DNA from: a virus
Virus record (IMG/VR): IMGVR_UViG_3300044642_000803
Location: 2,887 to 66,886 of that record
Reading direction: 5' to 3' (one strand)
DNA length: 64,000 nt
Part shown: piece after piece, positions 1 through 8,611 of the stretch
Layout: each line of letters opens with the position of its first letter
Numbering within the stretch: position 1 is the first letter of the stretch
Made by a program: the position numbers and the translations under genes
The notes under the pieces: generated by a model
What the model saw: only the letters and a program-made list of their open reading frames with translations
Database searches by the model: none
What the model was told of the DNA's origin: nothing

Positions 1-259
1 GGCCTTCATCATCTGATCGCCCCGGCTCGTTCTCAGGCGAACCCATCAGGAAGCTGCCGGCAGGAATAAACGCCAGCGGGATTAGGTCTGCTACTGGGGG
101 CTTGGCTGCTGCAGTTGCTTGGGGCTGATAATCGGCGTCAATTTTCACCAGCTCGGTCAGTGCGGCGGTAGCGCTAGCAAATAGGGCCAGATCGTTTTGA
201 GCGCGGACAAACTTCACAGCAAACTCAAAGCCGGCGCGGCTAGAATCAAAGGTGCTCAT
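1..259 (-). CDS. FGE-sulfatase/SUMF1 (C-type-lectin fold) domain protein, runs off the left edge
   Basis: Not in ORF track. Manual translation from ATG at 259 gives MSTFDSSRAG...LIPLAFIPAGSFLMGSPENEPGRSDDEG, the typical FGE-sulfatase domain N-terminus. Confidence 0.8.
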   Translation of the reverse strand, partial: MSTFDSSRAGFEFAVKFVRAQNDLALFASATAALTELVKIDADYQPQATAAAKPPVADLIPLAFIPAGSFLMGSPENEPGRSDDEG

Positions 260-745
260 GATTGTCCTCGGTGGTGAGTTGATCGCGTTTTATGTGATCG
301 GGCAGGGGCGGCAGGGGCCCGGTCATGCCGTTGTCGGTGGCCCAGAGGTAGACACCCCTCACCACCTCGCCCTCGTATGGGCTGTAACGCACCAACCGCC
401 GCAGCGCCTCCCTGGCCGTCGCCAGTTCCCCCGCAGTTCCCGCACGCACTCTGGGCAGCCCCAGGCGTTAGATGGTTGCTGCCCGTGTGTGGGGCATTTC
501 CGGAGGCGATAGGCCGGGCCAGCTAGGGCTTCAATTTTTAACCGCCTTGATTCCGCCAGAATGGACAACTCTTGATTGATCGCGGCCTTTACAACGACCT
601 GCTCTCGCAGTCGCCGATTTTCCGCCTCCAGCCTGCGGATCGTCCGCCAGGGGCTCAGCCAGCGAGTGAGGGCCTGGAAGGTTGGCGCTGGTTGGGGGTT
701 GCCGGGTGGTCTGGGTGGGCGGGGAAAGCAGAAGGGTCGGGTCAT
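246..745 (-). pseudogene. Phage hypothetical protein apparently split by a 1-nt frameshift
   Basis: ORF 359-745 (...GCPECVRELR) joins ORF 246-449 (GELATAREALRR...) if the C5 run at 428-432 had one more base. Confidence 0.45.
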
Positions 746-1530
746 GGTTCAGTTGCAGTGGGTTGATTTGATGGTGTCACCTGGCGAAACTCCACAACCC
801 ATACATACGGGTTAACGTCCCAAGATCCGGGGCCGTTGATTTTTTCCCAGAGCTTGCGATATGCGCAGACAGCGGTTTTGCCCGCAATGTCAAGGTTTTT
901 GGGGTCAGCCGTCCACCATGCGCCAGGTTCACCCTGCTGCAATGACAACTCGCAGACCCCCTCTGCCCGTGCGTCTGCTTCGCTGATGTCCTGCAGCCGC
1001 TCCACCCGCACGGCGGTGATCTCTAGGGTGATCCGGCTTGCCCAGCGGGGCATGAAGATTGATGGGCGCCACTTAGTTGGCTCAATGTCTAGCCCAATGT
1101 CTTCAGGGGTAAAAAGTTGACAGACTTCTTCCCACTCAACAGGCAATTCAACTAAAAAGTTGTCTGCCTTGTATCTACATCTGCAAGGATATGCCCCTGG
1201 GTCAATCCAGTCGGGAAACCAGTAACGATGAGTCTCCCGAACCCATAACTGATCCGCAGGCAGATCGAAGGGTGCAAAGGCGGGTTTGCCGTATGGGCAT
1301 TTGATGTTGATTATGGTGCTTAGACTATCCCCAAATCCTGCAACATAATGATTGCAATCATCTATTGAATGATTAAATTCGATAAAATGCCAGCCTTTAC
1401 TGTTTAGCTGCCAGGGTTGCAAGGGGGGCAGCTTAACGATGCGCCGCGTCTGCGTTTTCTGGCCGGCCTGAATGGCGCGGACCATTGCGCCCTGGAACAA
1501 GATCGGGCGCTCCCTGCCGGGGCCGGTCAT
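742..1530 (-). CDS. ASCH/PUA-like phage protein
   Basis: RERPILF..AMVRAI..GQKTQTRR, LWVRET, WRPSIFMPRWASRITLEIT.VRVERLQDISE.DARAEG and NPYVWVVEF motifs. Confidence 0.8.
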   Translation of the reverse strand: MTGPGRERPILFQGAMVRAIQAGQKTQTRRIVKLPPLQPWQLNSKGWHFIEFNHSIDDCNHYVAGFGDSLSTIINIKCPYGKPAFAPFDLPADQLWVRETHRYWFPDWIDPGAYPCRCRYKADNFLVELPVEWEEVCQLFTPEDIGLDIEPTKWRPSIFMPRWASRITLEITAVRVERLQDISEADARAEGVCELSLQQGEPGAWWTADPKNLDIAGKTAVCAYRKLWEKINGPGSWDVNPYVWVVEFRQVTPSNQPTATEP

Positions 1531-1862
1531 AGCTCCACCCCCAGCGCCCGCAGGATCGCGGTGCGCTCGTCTGCGCGGCCAAGGGCGTAGATGGCGCGGC
1601 GTGCGTCATCAGCCCAAAAAATGCGATCCCAAACCTTCAGCAGATCTCCATCCGTCGCCACCGGCTCGGCAAAGGCCAGCAGGGCGGCCGTGCGCCAGAC
1701 GTGCTCGCCGTCGTTCAGGTACTTAGCAATCGCAGCCCGCTTCCATCGCTCCATCAGCTCGTCGCTCGGCATCTCAGCCGGGGCCGCCGGCTCGCTGCCT
1801 GGCGCGGGAGGATTGGAGCTACGGCGGCCCAGCCCCTTGATCAACCGTTGCAACCAGTTCAC
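1527..1862 (-). CDS. Hypothetical protein
   Basis: GTG start overlaps the upstream stop; its own stop overlaps the next ATG. Confidence 0.55.
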   Translation of the reverse strand: MNWLQRLIKGLGRRSSNPPAPGSEPAAPAEMPSDELMERWKRAAIAKYLNDGEHVWRTAALLAFAEPVATDGDLLKVWDRIFWADDARRAIYALGRADERTAILRALGVEL

Positions 1863-2128
1863 GCTGCCACCCCCAGACCGCGTGTGCGGGCGAAGTGCAG
1901 CGTCCACTCGACGACATCGGCGCCGGGATTGACCCGCTTCCAGGCGTCGTACTCGGCCCGTAGGACCACGGTGCTGAGCTGATCGGCGGTGGGCTGGTCG
2001 TCAGCGGCCAACAGGCGATCCTCCAGGGCGCTGACGCGGTTCAGGAGGTCGTCCCATGCCTGGGCGGCGGGAGGCTGCTCTAGGAGCCCCTGCTCAAGGT
2101 GTGCGATGCGATCAGCAAGTGCTGTCAT
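1859..2128 (-). CDS. Hypothetical protein
   Basis: ORF translationally coupled in the leftward operon. Confidence 0.55.
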   Translation of the reverse strand: MTALADRIAHLEQGLLEQPPAAQAWDDLLNRVSALEDRLLAADDQPTADQLSTVVLRAEYDAWKRVNPGADVVEWTLHFARTRGLGVAA

Positions 2129-2220
2129 TTTGATTGAGGCGGTGGTGGTCGGCTGCTGCCGTCTCCAGATCGTAAGCCATGGATACCGCTTTTGTAAAGC
2201 CGTGGGGCGATTGCGCAGGG

Positions 2221-2958
2221 TCAGCGCCCACCCACAAACTCGGCTACCACTCGATCGGGTGCAACCGGCTTGAGTTCACCGCCACGGGCCAGCGCGATCA
2301 GATCATCCGCCCAAGCGGGGTTGCGCACGGCCCATGCAACGGCAAGCACCGCACCATCGGTCTCCATGGTCCAGAAGCCTTGAAGGGCCTTCTCGAACCA
2401 CCATCTACCAACCTTGAGTTGCGCCGGGGTCCAAACGCAATCGTCAATCCCTTGCGCACGCAACCTGTCAACGGTCTGCGCAATGCGCTCAACGTGGGCC
2501 TGGCGCTGCGTTGCGCTCATCTGCCATGGCTGGTTACCTTCGGCGACGCCGGGAGGCAGCCTACGCACCTCAACCGGGGTGTGCTCTGGCCGCTGATCAA
2601 CCAGCTCATGGAACCGCGATGGATCCGCCATCCTGCTGGCCAAGTCACGCCGCAGACCCCGCTCAAACATCGGCAGATCGGTCACCACCTCCTGGCCACG
2701 CTCGGTGCGAGTGGTGCGCTTCACCGGGTACAAGTACCGCAGTAGGGCGATATGCGGCGGTGTTTCCCTGGGAAAATTGGGGTCCAGCGTTCGCTGCTGA
2801 GCTGCGTACAGCAGCATCTCGCTGTCAAGGTCGAGCTTTGCTCGATCTGGGAATGTGTCCCAAGCGGTGACAAGCGCGGCTGGGGTAAGGGTCTTGGCCA
2901 TGGGGAATAGCTGCTGCATCCCTGACATGACCGCCTGAAACTCTTCGGCCTCGATCAC
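2221..2958 (-). CDS. Hypothetical protein, possibly helicase loader/replication accessory by position
   Basis: GTGA overlap with the initiator gene stop; lambda O-P-like position. Confidence 0.55.
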   Translation of the reverse strand: MIEAEEFQAVMSGMQQLFPMAKTLTPAALVTAWDTFPDRAKLDLDSEMLLYAAQQRTLDPNFPRETPPHIALLRYLYPVKRTTRTERGQEVVTDLPMFERGLRRDLASRMADPSRFHELVDQRPEHTPVEVRRLPPGVAEGNQPWQMSATQRQAHVERIAQTVDRLRAQGIDDCVWTPAQLKVGRWWFEKALQGFWTMETDGAVLAVAWAVRNPAWADDLIALARGGELKPVAPDRVVAEFVGGR

Positions 2959-3995
2959 TGGATCACCTCGCACAGCACGGTCTGTTGAGATGCAATGCCG
3001 GCTGCGGCGGCGGCCTTGCGGGCGTCACGGGCCTTGATGTAGGCCACGGCCTGCGCAGCGGCTTCGTCCTGCGTCTGGCGGCGGTTGTTGCTGGCTTTGG
3101 TCATGCCGCCGTACTTGGTTCCGTAGAGCTGCCAGTTGCTGTACTTCAGCGACTGCCAGGGCTTGCCGTCAATGCTGGCGTTGATGCCGTCCTGCAGTTG
3201 CCCTCGCAGGATTTGGGTGCCACCTAGGGGGTCTTGCTGGATTTGTCGAGCCTGTCCCAGCATCCGGGTCCAGGCTTCTGGGGTCTTCTGGCCTGATCGT
3301 GTTGGCCAGAAGGCCAGCAGATCGGTGGTAACGGCGGCGAGGTCTTGCGGCACGTCATCCGCTGACGGCTTGAACCTGGGTTTACGGGGCTTCACGGGTT
3401 TGGGCGGTGGTGGTGGCTCGGCAACGATACCGCCTTCCTGGGTGCTGGGAACCGCAGCGATCTGGGTCAAGGGCTCAGCCGGGAGCGCTTCCTGGTGGTC
3501 CTCCCGTGCGCTCCCCCCGTTGGGGGGTAAGGGGGGTTCTAACTCTTGTTCAGTTCCTCTTGTTAAATCCCTCTTGTTAGGGTCCCCCTTTTGGGGGAGG
3601 GGGGGGATCCCCCTTTTGGGGGAGGGGAGGGGTCCCCTTTTTGGGGGGTCCCCTTTTTGGGGGAGGGGTCCCCCTTTTGAGGGAGGGGCCTGCTCGTATC
3701 TCACATGAAAAAGCGCCGTCTGCCCCACGCGATCAACACGACTGATCCAGCCGTTTTCCACAAGCCACCGCAGGCTTGATCGAACGTGGTCCTCCTTCAT
3801 GCGGCACTCCATAGCCAGCCGAGCGATTGATGGGAACGCCTGGTCGTTCTGGCCGGCGTAGTGCCACAGCCAGGAGTAAACAAAGAGGGTCCCCTTGCGA
3901 TCTGCGCAGGTTTCGAGCAATGCGATCGGCACCTGGGCAAAGCGCGGCCGCGTGATACGTGCTGCCGGCTCAACAGCGCCTGAGGCTTGTGTCAT
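2955..3995 (-). CDS. Phage replication initiator with N-terminal winged HTH
   Basis: LFVYSWLWHYAGQNDQAFPSIARLAMECRMKEDHVRSSLRWLVENGWI is an HTH_36-like motif, followed by PQKGDP repeats that reflect DNA iterons. Confidence 0.8.
   Translation of the reverse strand: MTQASGAVEPAARITRPRFAQVPIALLETCADRKGTLFVYSWLWHYAGQNDQAFPSIARLAMECRMKEDHVRSSLRWLVENGWISRVDRVGQTALFHVRYEQAPPSKGGPLPQKGDPPKRGPLPSPKRGIPPLPQKGDPNKRDLTRGTEQELEPPLPPNGGSAREDHQEALPAEPLTQIAAVPSTQEGGIVAEPPPPPKPVKPRKPRFKPSADDVPQDLAAVTTDLLAFWPTRSGQKTPEAWTRMLGQARQIQQDPLGGTQILRGQLQDGINASIDGKPWQSLKYSNWQLYGTKYGGMTKASNNRRQTQDEAAAQAVAYIKARDARKAAAAAGIASQQTVLCEVIQ
3580..3690. repeat. Five iteron-like repeats, putative replication origin
   Basis: TCCCC(C)TTTT(T)GGGGG-type palindromic units at about 3581, 3608, 3631, 3647 and 3667 (last copy degenerate) inside the initiator gene. 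Confidence 0.7.
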
Positions 3996-4022
3996 GTAGA
4001 ATTTTGCCGAAGTGGTTTGATC

Positions 4023-4060
4023 AAAGCCTCATGCGCCCTGGCAGGCCGTGAGGCTTTTTT
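4023..4060 (+). terminator. Intrinsic terminator-like hairpin
   Basis: AAAGCCTCA...TGAGGCTTT followed by more T. Confidence 0.5.
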
Positions 4061-4145
4061 ATGCCTGGCGCCGGGTCAAGCCCTGGCCAGCACGGTCCCA
4101 CCATAGGTCAGCCGCAGCGATCCGCTACCCTGCGGGACTAGGCGG

Positions 4146-4385
4146 TTAGAGTGCTGCGGGGCCTGGTTCAGAGGCGGCGTCACCCTGGAAACACCCACGC
4201 GGCACCCTTGTCCGCGATGGCAGTCCTTTGTCGTGCCGGATCATCAAAAACAAAAAGCTCCCGCCCTGCCAGACCTCGGCCACGTCGATGGCGGTTTGCT
4301 GGCAGAACATCAGCCAGACCTGGCTTGCCTCTATGTTGCTGGTGACGAAAATGCGGATAGGCGTGGGTGTGGGTGTGGTCGGCAT
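4146..4385 (-). CDS. Hypothetical protein
   Basis: First ORF of the leftward unit, divergent from 4514. Confidence 0.4.
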   Translation of the reverse strand: MPTTPTPTPIRIFVTSNIEASQVWLMFCQQTAIDVAEVWQGGSFLFLMIRHDKGLPSRTRVPRGCFQGDAASEPGPAAL

Positions 4386-4513
4386 GGGGGTGTTTCGGTT
4401 TGTGAGGCACCTTAGGCGCTACGCTCGACAGACGGCTTAGGGGGATGGTAGAATTGCAAAGCCAGGGGAAATCCCCACGGCTGTCACCCTGGCGTCACCA
4501 CCACTAGGCCCCT

Positions 4514-4885
4514 ATGGCACACCAAGATTTTCCAGAGCTGACGTACGAGGCCAACCGCGTTTTGATGAGTACCTTGAAGGGTATTGATGTTTCCAGGCCT
4601 TATTGGGATCGCCGCTTTGCCGCTGCCGTGATCCGTGAAGCGATGGCGCAAGCTGGCTTTTGGAATATTAGCGAAGAATTCCCAAAGGTCGTACGCGCCA
4701 CAGAACTGGAGGCCATCGCCGACAACCTGCACGCCCTGCCCCCACCCCCGCCGACGCGGGAGCAGATGGAAGAAGCGCTGCGCTCCCTGCTTGATAGCCT
4801 TGATTGCCACCCAGAAAGCCAATTAGCCCAGGAAGCAGCAATCCTTGCAGCCGGCATCGCTCACCACTGCAAGGTGCAGCCATGA
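4514..4885 (+). CDS. Hypothetical protein
   Basis: ATG start, TAGAAT -10-like box upstream, ATGA overlap with the next gene. Confidence 0.6.
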   Translation: MAHQDFPELTYEANRVLMSTLKGIDVSRPYWDRRFAAAVIREAMAQAGFWNISEEFPKVVRATELEAIADNLHALPPPPPTREQMEEALRSLLDSLDCHPESQLAQEAAILAAGIAHHCKVQP

Positions 4886-5805
4886 GTGACACAACACCCG
4901 CCCACCGTGCCGGTTTTTCGGCTGAGCAGATTGCAGCCCTGGCGGCACCGCTTGATCGCGCCAACGTCAAGCAGCGCGAGCAGTCTGGCCAGAAACTCAG
5001 CTACATTGAAGGCTGGGTTGTAATTGCAGAAGCCAACCGCATCTTTGGCTTTGATGGCTGGCAGCGTGAAACTGTCACGCTTAAGTGTGTCTCTCAGCTA
5101 GAGCGACCAGTCGGCAAACAACAAAGACCCGGATGGGGTGTCACCTACAGCGCCCGCGTGCGCATCACCGTCACCGCTGGCGGGCTGCAGCCAATCATCC
5201 GCGAAGGCAGCGGCGCTGGTCACGGTATCGACGTGGATCTAGGACAGGCCCATGAATCCGCGCTCAAGGAGGCAGAGACCGACGCGATGAAGCGGGCCCT
5301 GATGACTTTCGGCAACCCGTTTGGCCTGGCTCTTTACGACAAGCTGCAGCGGGAAGTAGAGGGTGATGCCCCGCCTGCGTCAAGTTCCCAGCGACCGTCT
5401 TCGCAGCGAACCCAACAAGCGGCCTCTTCTGCTCAGCGCCATTCAGCTGCAGCCGTTGTTCGACGGGGGACCCCTGCTGGCCAGCCAGCCTCTGCCACCC
5501 AGGCACCCAGCAGCGCCGCGCCACCCAGCACCACCACCCAGCCCCTTAGCGGCCCTGCGGCCACCACTGCGGCGGCTATCACAGCGTGCCAGGAGGCGGG
5601 GCTTACCGGGCTTGGTATCGCCGCCATGTGCCACGAACTGAGCGCCGGGGAATGTGGGGCTGTTGCAGGCTTGCCACTGAAAACTCAGGAGAAGCTGATC
5701 AAAAACGGGGTATCTGCCGCATCTACTGCTAAGTGGAACGCCGCCGGGGCTAATGCCGCAGACTCTACCGCCGAAGCCGAAGATTCTGATCCTCCGATGA
5801 CGTAA
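4882..5805 (+). CDS. Rad52/Rad22 (Sak)-family single-strand annealing protein
   Basis: LSYIEGWVVIAEANRIFGFDGW, REGSGAG, HESALKEAETDAMKRALMTFGNPFGLALYDK; start at ATG 4882. Confidence 0.93.
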   Translation: MSDTTPAHRAGFSAEQIAALAAPLDRANVKQREQSGQKLSYIEGWVVIAEANRIFGFDGWQRETVTLKCVSQLERPVGKQQRPGWGVTYSARVRITVTAGGLQPIIREGSGAGHGIDVDLGQAHESALKEAETDAMKRALMTFGNPFGLALYDKLQREVEGDAPPASSSQRPSSQRTQQAASSAQRHSAAAVVRRGTPAGQPASATQAPSSAAPPSTTTQPLSGPAATTAAAITACQEAGLTGLGIAAMCHELSAGECGAVAGLPLKTQEKLIKNGVSAASTAKWNAAGANAADSTAEAEDSDPPMT

Positions 5806-6009
5806 GGCGCTCCCGTCGCCGCTTGATTAATCCTTAGCGCTGGCCCTAGCCGTGATGCGGCACGAAATTGAACAAAAGGCAGCGGCTGATATACTCAAGA
5901 TCGACCAACAGATTGCCGCCCTGCAGGAAAGCGGCGCCGAGCCTACTTGATCAATGGCCCGCCGGGGCCAACCCGGCAACCTATCCCATCAACTACCGTC
6001 CATCCTCCA

Positions 6010-6297
6010 ATGAACCTCTACAAAATTAGTCAAGACGCGAATAGCGGCTACGACACTTTTGACAGTGCCGTAGTGTGTGCTGAAAATGAAGAAATAGCAA
6101 GAAATATGGACCCTGCAGGTTCACCCGATGAAGATCTGCCAAACTTAATGGATTGGCATAATCACCCTGGGCGTCTTTGGTGTGAAAGCCCTGACCTCGT
6201 TAAAGTAGAATTGATTGGCAGCGCTGCGCCTGAACTGCCTCAAGGTGTTATTTGCGCAAGTTTTGGTGTTATTTGCGCAAGTTTTAACGCAGGCTGA
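6010..6297 (+). CDS. Phage hypothetical protein
   Basis: MNLYKISQ..GYDTFDSAVVCAE; carries a 21-bp tandem duplication at 6244-6285. Confidence 0.65.
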   Translation: MNLYKISQDANSGYDTFDSAVVCAENEEIARNMDPAGSPDEDLPNLMDWHNHPGRLWCESPDLVKVELIGSAAPELPQGVICASFGVICASFNAG

Positions 6298-6344
6298 TTG
6301 TTACTTTCTTAAGACACACCCGACAACCTTCGTTAATCCCAATC

Positions 6345-6725
6345 ATGGCATCCCTCAACGTCTGCAGCTTCACCGGTCGCGCTGGTAAAGATCCTGAAGT
6401 CCGTTACTTCGAGTCCGGTAAAATGGTTGCCGAGTTCGGCATCGCCGTTGAAGGCTGGAAGCGCGACGAAAAACCCCTTTGGCTTAACCTCAAAATCTGG
6501 GGCAAGATCGCCGACGTGGCAGCCAACTACGTGCGCAAGGGCAGCATGGTTGCCGTTTCTGGCAAGCTTGAAAACGAAACCTGGACCGATAGGGTATCGG
6601 GAGAAGAAAGGAGTAAGCCTGTCCTTAATGTCAAGGATCTCACCTTGCTGGATAGCAAGAAAGACTCAGATGCCAGCGGCTTCGGCGGGCCCGCCCCCGA
6701 TGATGACGACGACATCCCATTCTGA
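6345..6725 (+). CDS. ssb: Single-stranded DNA-binding protein
   Basis: GRAGKDPEVRYFESGK OB fold (cyanobacterial type) and acidic DDDDDIPF tail. Confidence 0.95.
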   Translation: MASLNVCSFTGRAGKDPEVRYFESGKMVAEFGIAVEGWKRDEKPLWLNLKIWGKIADVAANYVRKGSMVAVSGKLENETWTDRVSGEERSKPVLNVKDLTLLDSKKDSDASGFGGPAPDDDDDIPF

Positions 6726-7378
6726 TGGAGCCCATCACCTTCCTAATTGAGGACATGGCGCCCGCACCCCAGGGCAGCAAGCGTCATGTTGGCAAGGGGG
6801 TGATGGTCGAATCTTGCAAGAACGTCAAGCCATGGCGGTTGTTGGTTGCCAAGACCGCCATAACCTTGTGCCAGCCTGCCTGTAACACCTGGGCGGACTG
6901 GCGATGGGTCGCGTGGTTGGCGTTGCGCCAAGCCCCCGATCTCACGGCGGCCGAACTGCTCAAGGTGGTTGGCCCTCGCCGGTATCAGATCACCTTGGCG
7001 GCCGTGAGCGAATTTCTTCCAGACCTCAGATCCTGCATGGCCCAACAGCATGCCTACGTGCTCCAAGGGCCAGTGCTTATGTCTGCGGTCTTTCGGTTCC
7101 AGCGGCCCGCCAATCACTACCGCAGAGATGGCACCCTAAAGCCATTGAATGAGGCTCTGAGCAGTGCAACCAGCCAAGAGGCGCCGCTGTATCACTGCGT
7201 TCAGCCTGACTGGAGCAAGCTGCAGCGATCCACTGAAGACGCGCTTACTGACGAGCTTTACCAAGATGACGCCCGGCTTGTTGGCGGCGCCTGTGAAAAA
7301 CGCTGGTGCGTTGGCGACGAACGACCAGGGGCGCTGATCACGTTGATTCCCCTTAGCCGCCAACAGCGAAGCCCCTAA
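6725..7378 (+). CDS. rusA: RusA-family Holliday junction resolvase with internal insertion
   Basis: PAPQGSKR, KPWR, F.FQRP..H, PDWSKLQRSTEDAL..LYQDDA motifs. Confidence 0.85.
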   Translation: MEPITFLIEDMAPAPQGSKRHVGKGVMVESCKNVKPWRLLVAKTAITLCQPACNTWADWRWVAWLALRQAPDLTAAELLKVVGPRRYQITLAAVSEFLPDLRSCMAQQHAYVLQGPVLMSAVFRFQRPANHYRRDGTLKPLNEALSSATSQEAPLYHCVQPDWSKLQRSTEDALTDELYQDDARLVGGACEKRWCVGDERPGALITLIPLSRQQRSP

Positions 7379-7613
7379 CGAACAACGCCAGGGGCCCCGC
7401 CTACCACCACCGAGCTGCCTCGGTGCGCAACAGGAACCACCCCGCTGCTCCGCAATTGTAGCAGCAGCAAGTCCTACGGATTGTTGCTGCCGCACTCGCA
7501 GTCGCGCAACCGATGGGGTATGGTTTGAAGGTCGAAGCGATTCGACGCACCATTTACAACCACCCGGCGAGGACCCTGAGCGGCCCCGGTTGGTGATCCA
7601 CACCCCAAAATCA

Positions 7614-7982
7614 ATGAACACCACCATCAAGGCTGCGCTTCGGGCTGACTGGGCCCCTGCAATCGAATCCACTGCGCGTGCCATTGGCGTTGCGATTGCC
7701 TGCGTGATCGTCGCCGCCGACTGGCTGCGCTTCACCTGGCAGCACCCATGGGCAGGGTTGCGAGCGCTGGAGCTTCCCAACGCCGCTGCCAGCTCCCCTC
7801 AATCCGCTGCCAGCTCTCCTCGATCGGCGCTTAGCTCCCCTCAATCCGAGCGCGTGGCGCCCTTGTTGCTTCTCCCTGCCCCCGCGTTCCTGCTACTGGC
7901 CCCGGCACAGGAGCCGATCGCTCCGGCCCCAGCACCCCGCAAACGCGGACATCGCGCCACCCGGCAACCGAAGGTGGCGTAA
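7614..7982 (+). CDS. Hypothetical protein with short Ser/Pro-rich repeats
   Basis: ATG at 7614; AASSPQS-like repeats. Confidence 0.5.
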   Translation: MNTTIKAALRADWAPAIESTARAIGVAIACVIVAADWLRFTWQHPWAGLRALELPNAAASSPQSAASSPRSALSSPQSERVAPLLLLPAPAFLLLAPAQEPIAPAPAPRKRGHRATRQPKVA

Positions 7983-7986
7983 GGGC

Positions 7987-8017
7987 AAAAAAAGGGGGCC
8001 CATCCCGGCCCCCCCCC
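7987..8017 (-). terminator. Terminator closing the RAMP cassette
   Basis: On the minus strand, GGGGGCC-loop-GGCCCCC followed by T7. Confidence 0.7.
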
Positions 8018-8035
8018 TCGTCCTCTTGGGTATTT

Positions 8036-8593
8036 TTACCCAACCTCTTGCGGTTCACGCTCCCATGTGCTTGAGAGCTGACCGTTTGTGAGCGCTTCAT
8101 GAGCCTCTTCCAGCAGCCCAAACGCCACCCCCAACGCAATCATTGAACGGCGATCACCCATTCGCTGGGTGCGCAGCTTCAACGCTTCGATACTGCGCCG
8201 CGCTTCCGTCACCAGTCCTACCGCCTGCTGTACCTCACGGGTTATTGGGCTGTACTGCTCAACTACAGGAGGGGCCACCGTGGTTACGGGTCGCACCGAT
8301 GTCACGCGAGGCTCCTGCGAAGCGTTTGGCACCACCCGCACCACCTTGATCAGCTTGCTGGCCTGGTGCTCTCGCCATTGCTCGGCCGCCACCGGATCAC
8401 GCCATTCAAACGCCGGGTGCAGTGGCGCATCTTCGGGGCGGGCTTCATCGACTACCGCCGCAGGCTTGATCGTGCCATCACGGCGGCGAATGCGGTCTAG
8501 TTCGCTGCCAGCCGTCTGGGCATCAATGCCTAGCACCTCATCGCCATCTTCGATCCTGAAAGTGAATTCGGGTTCATCTTTGGTGAAATTCAT
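8036..8593 (-). CDS. Conserved phage protein, accessory gene of the RAMP/pentamer-array cassette
   Basis: ELDRIRRRDGTIKPAAVVDEARPEDAPLHPAFEWRD..AAEQWR..QA..LI; ATG at 8593 follows the array's 3' hairpin. Confidence 0.75.
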   Translation of the reverse strand: MNFTKDEPEFTFRIEDGDEVLGIDAQTAGSELDRIRRRDGTIKPAAVVDEARPEDAPLHPAFEWRDPVAAEQWREHQASKLIKVVRVVPNASQEPRVTSVRPVTTVAPPVVEQYSPITREVQQAVGLVTEARRSIEALKLRTQRMGDRRSMIALGVAFGLLEEAHEALTNGQLSSTWEREPQEVG

Positions 8594-8611
8594 CTGATCA
8601 GTGGGTAAAGG

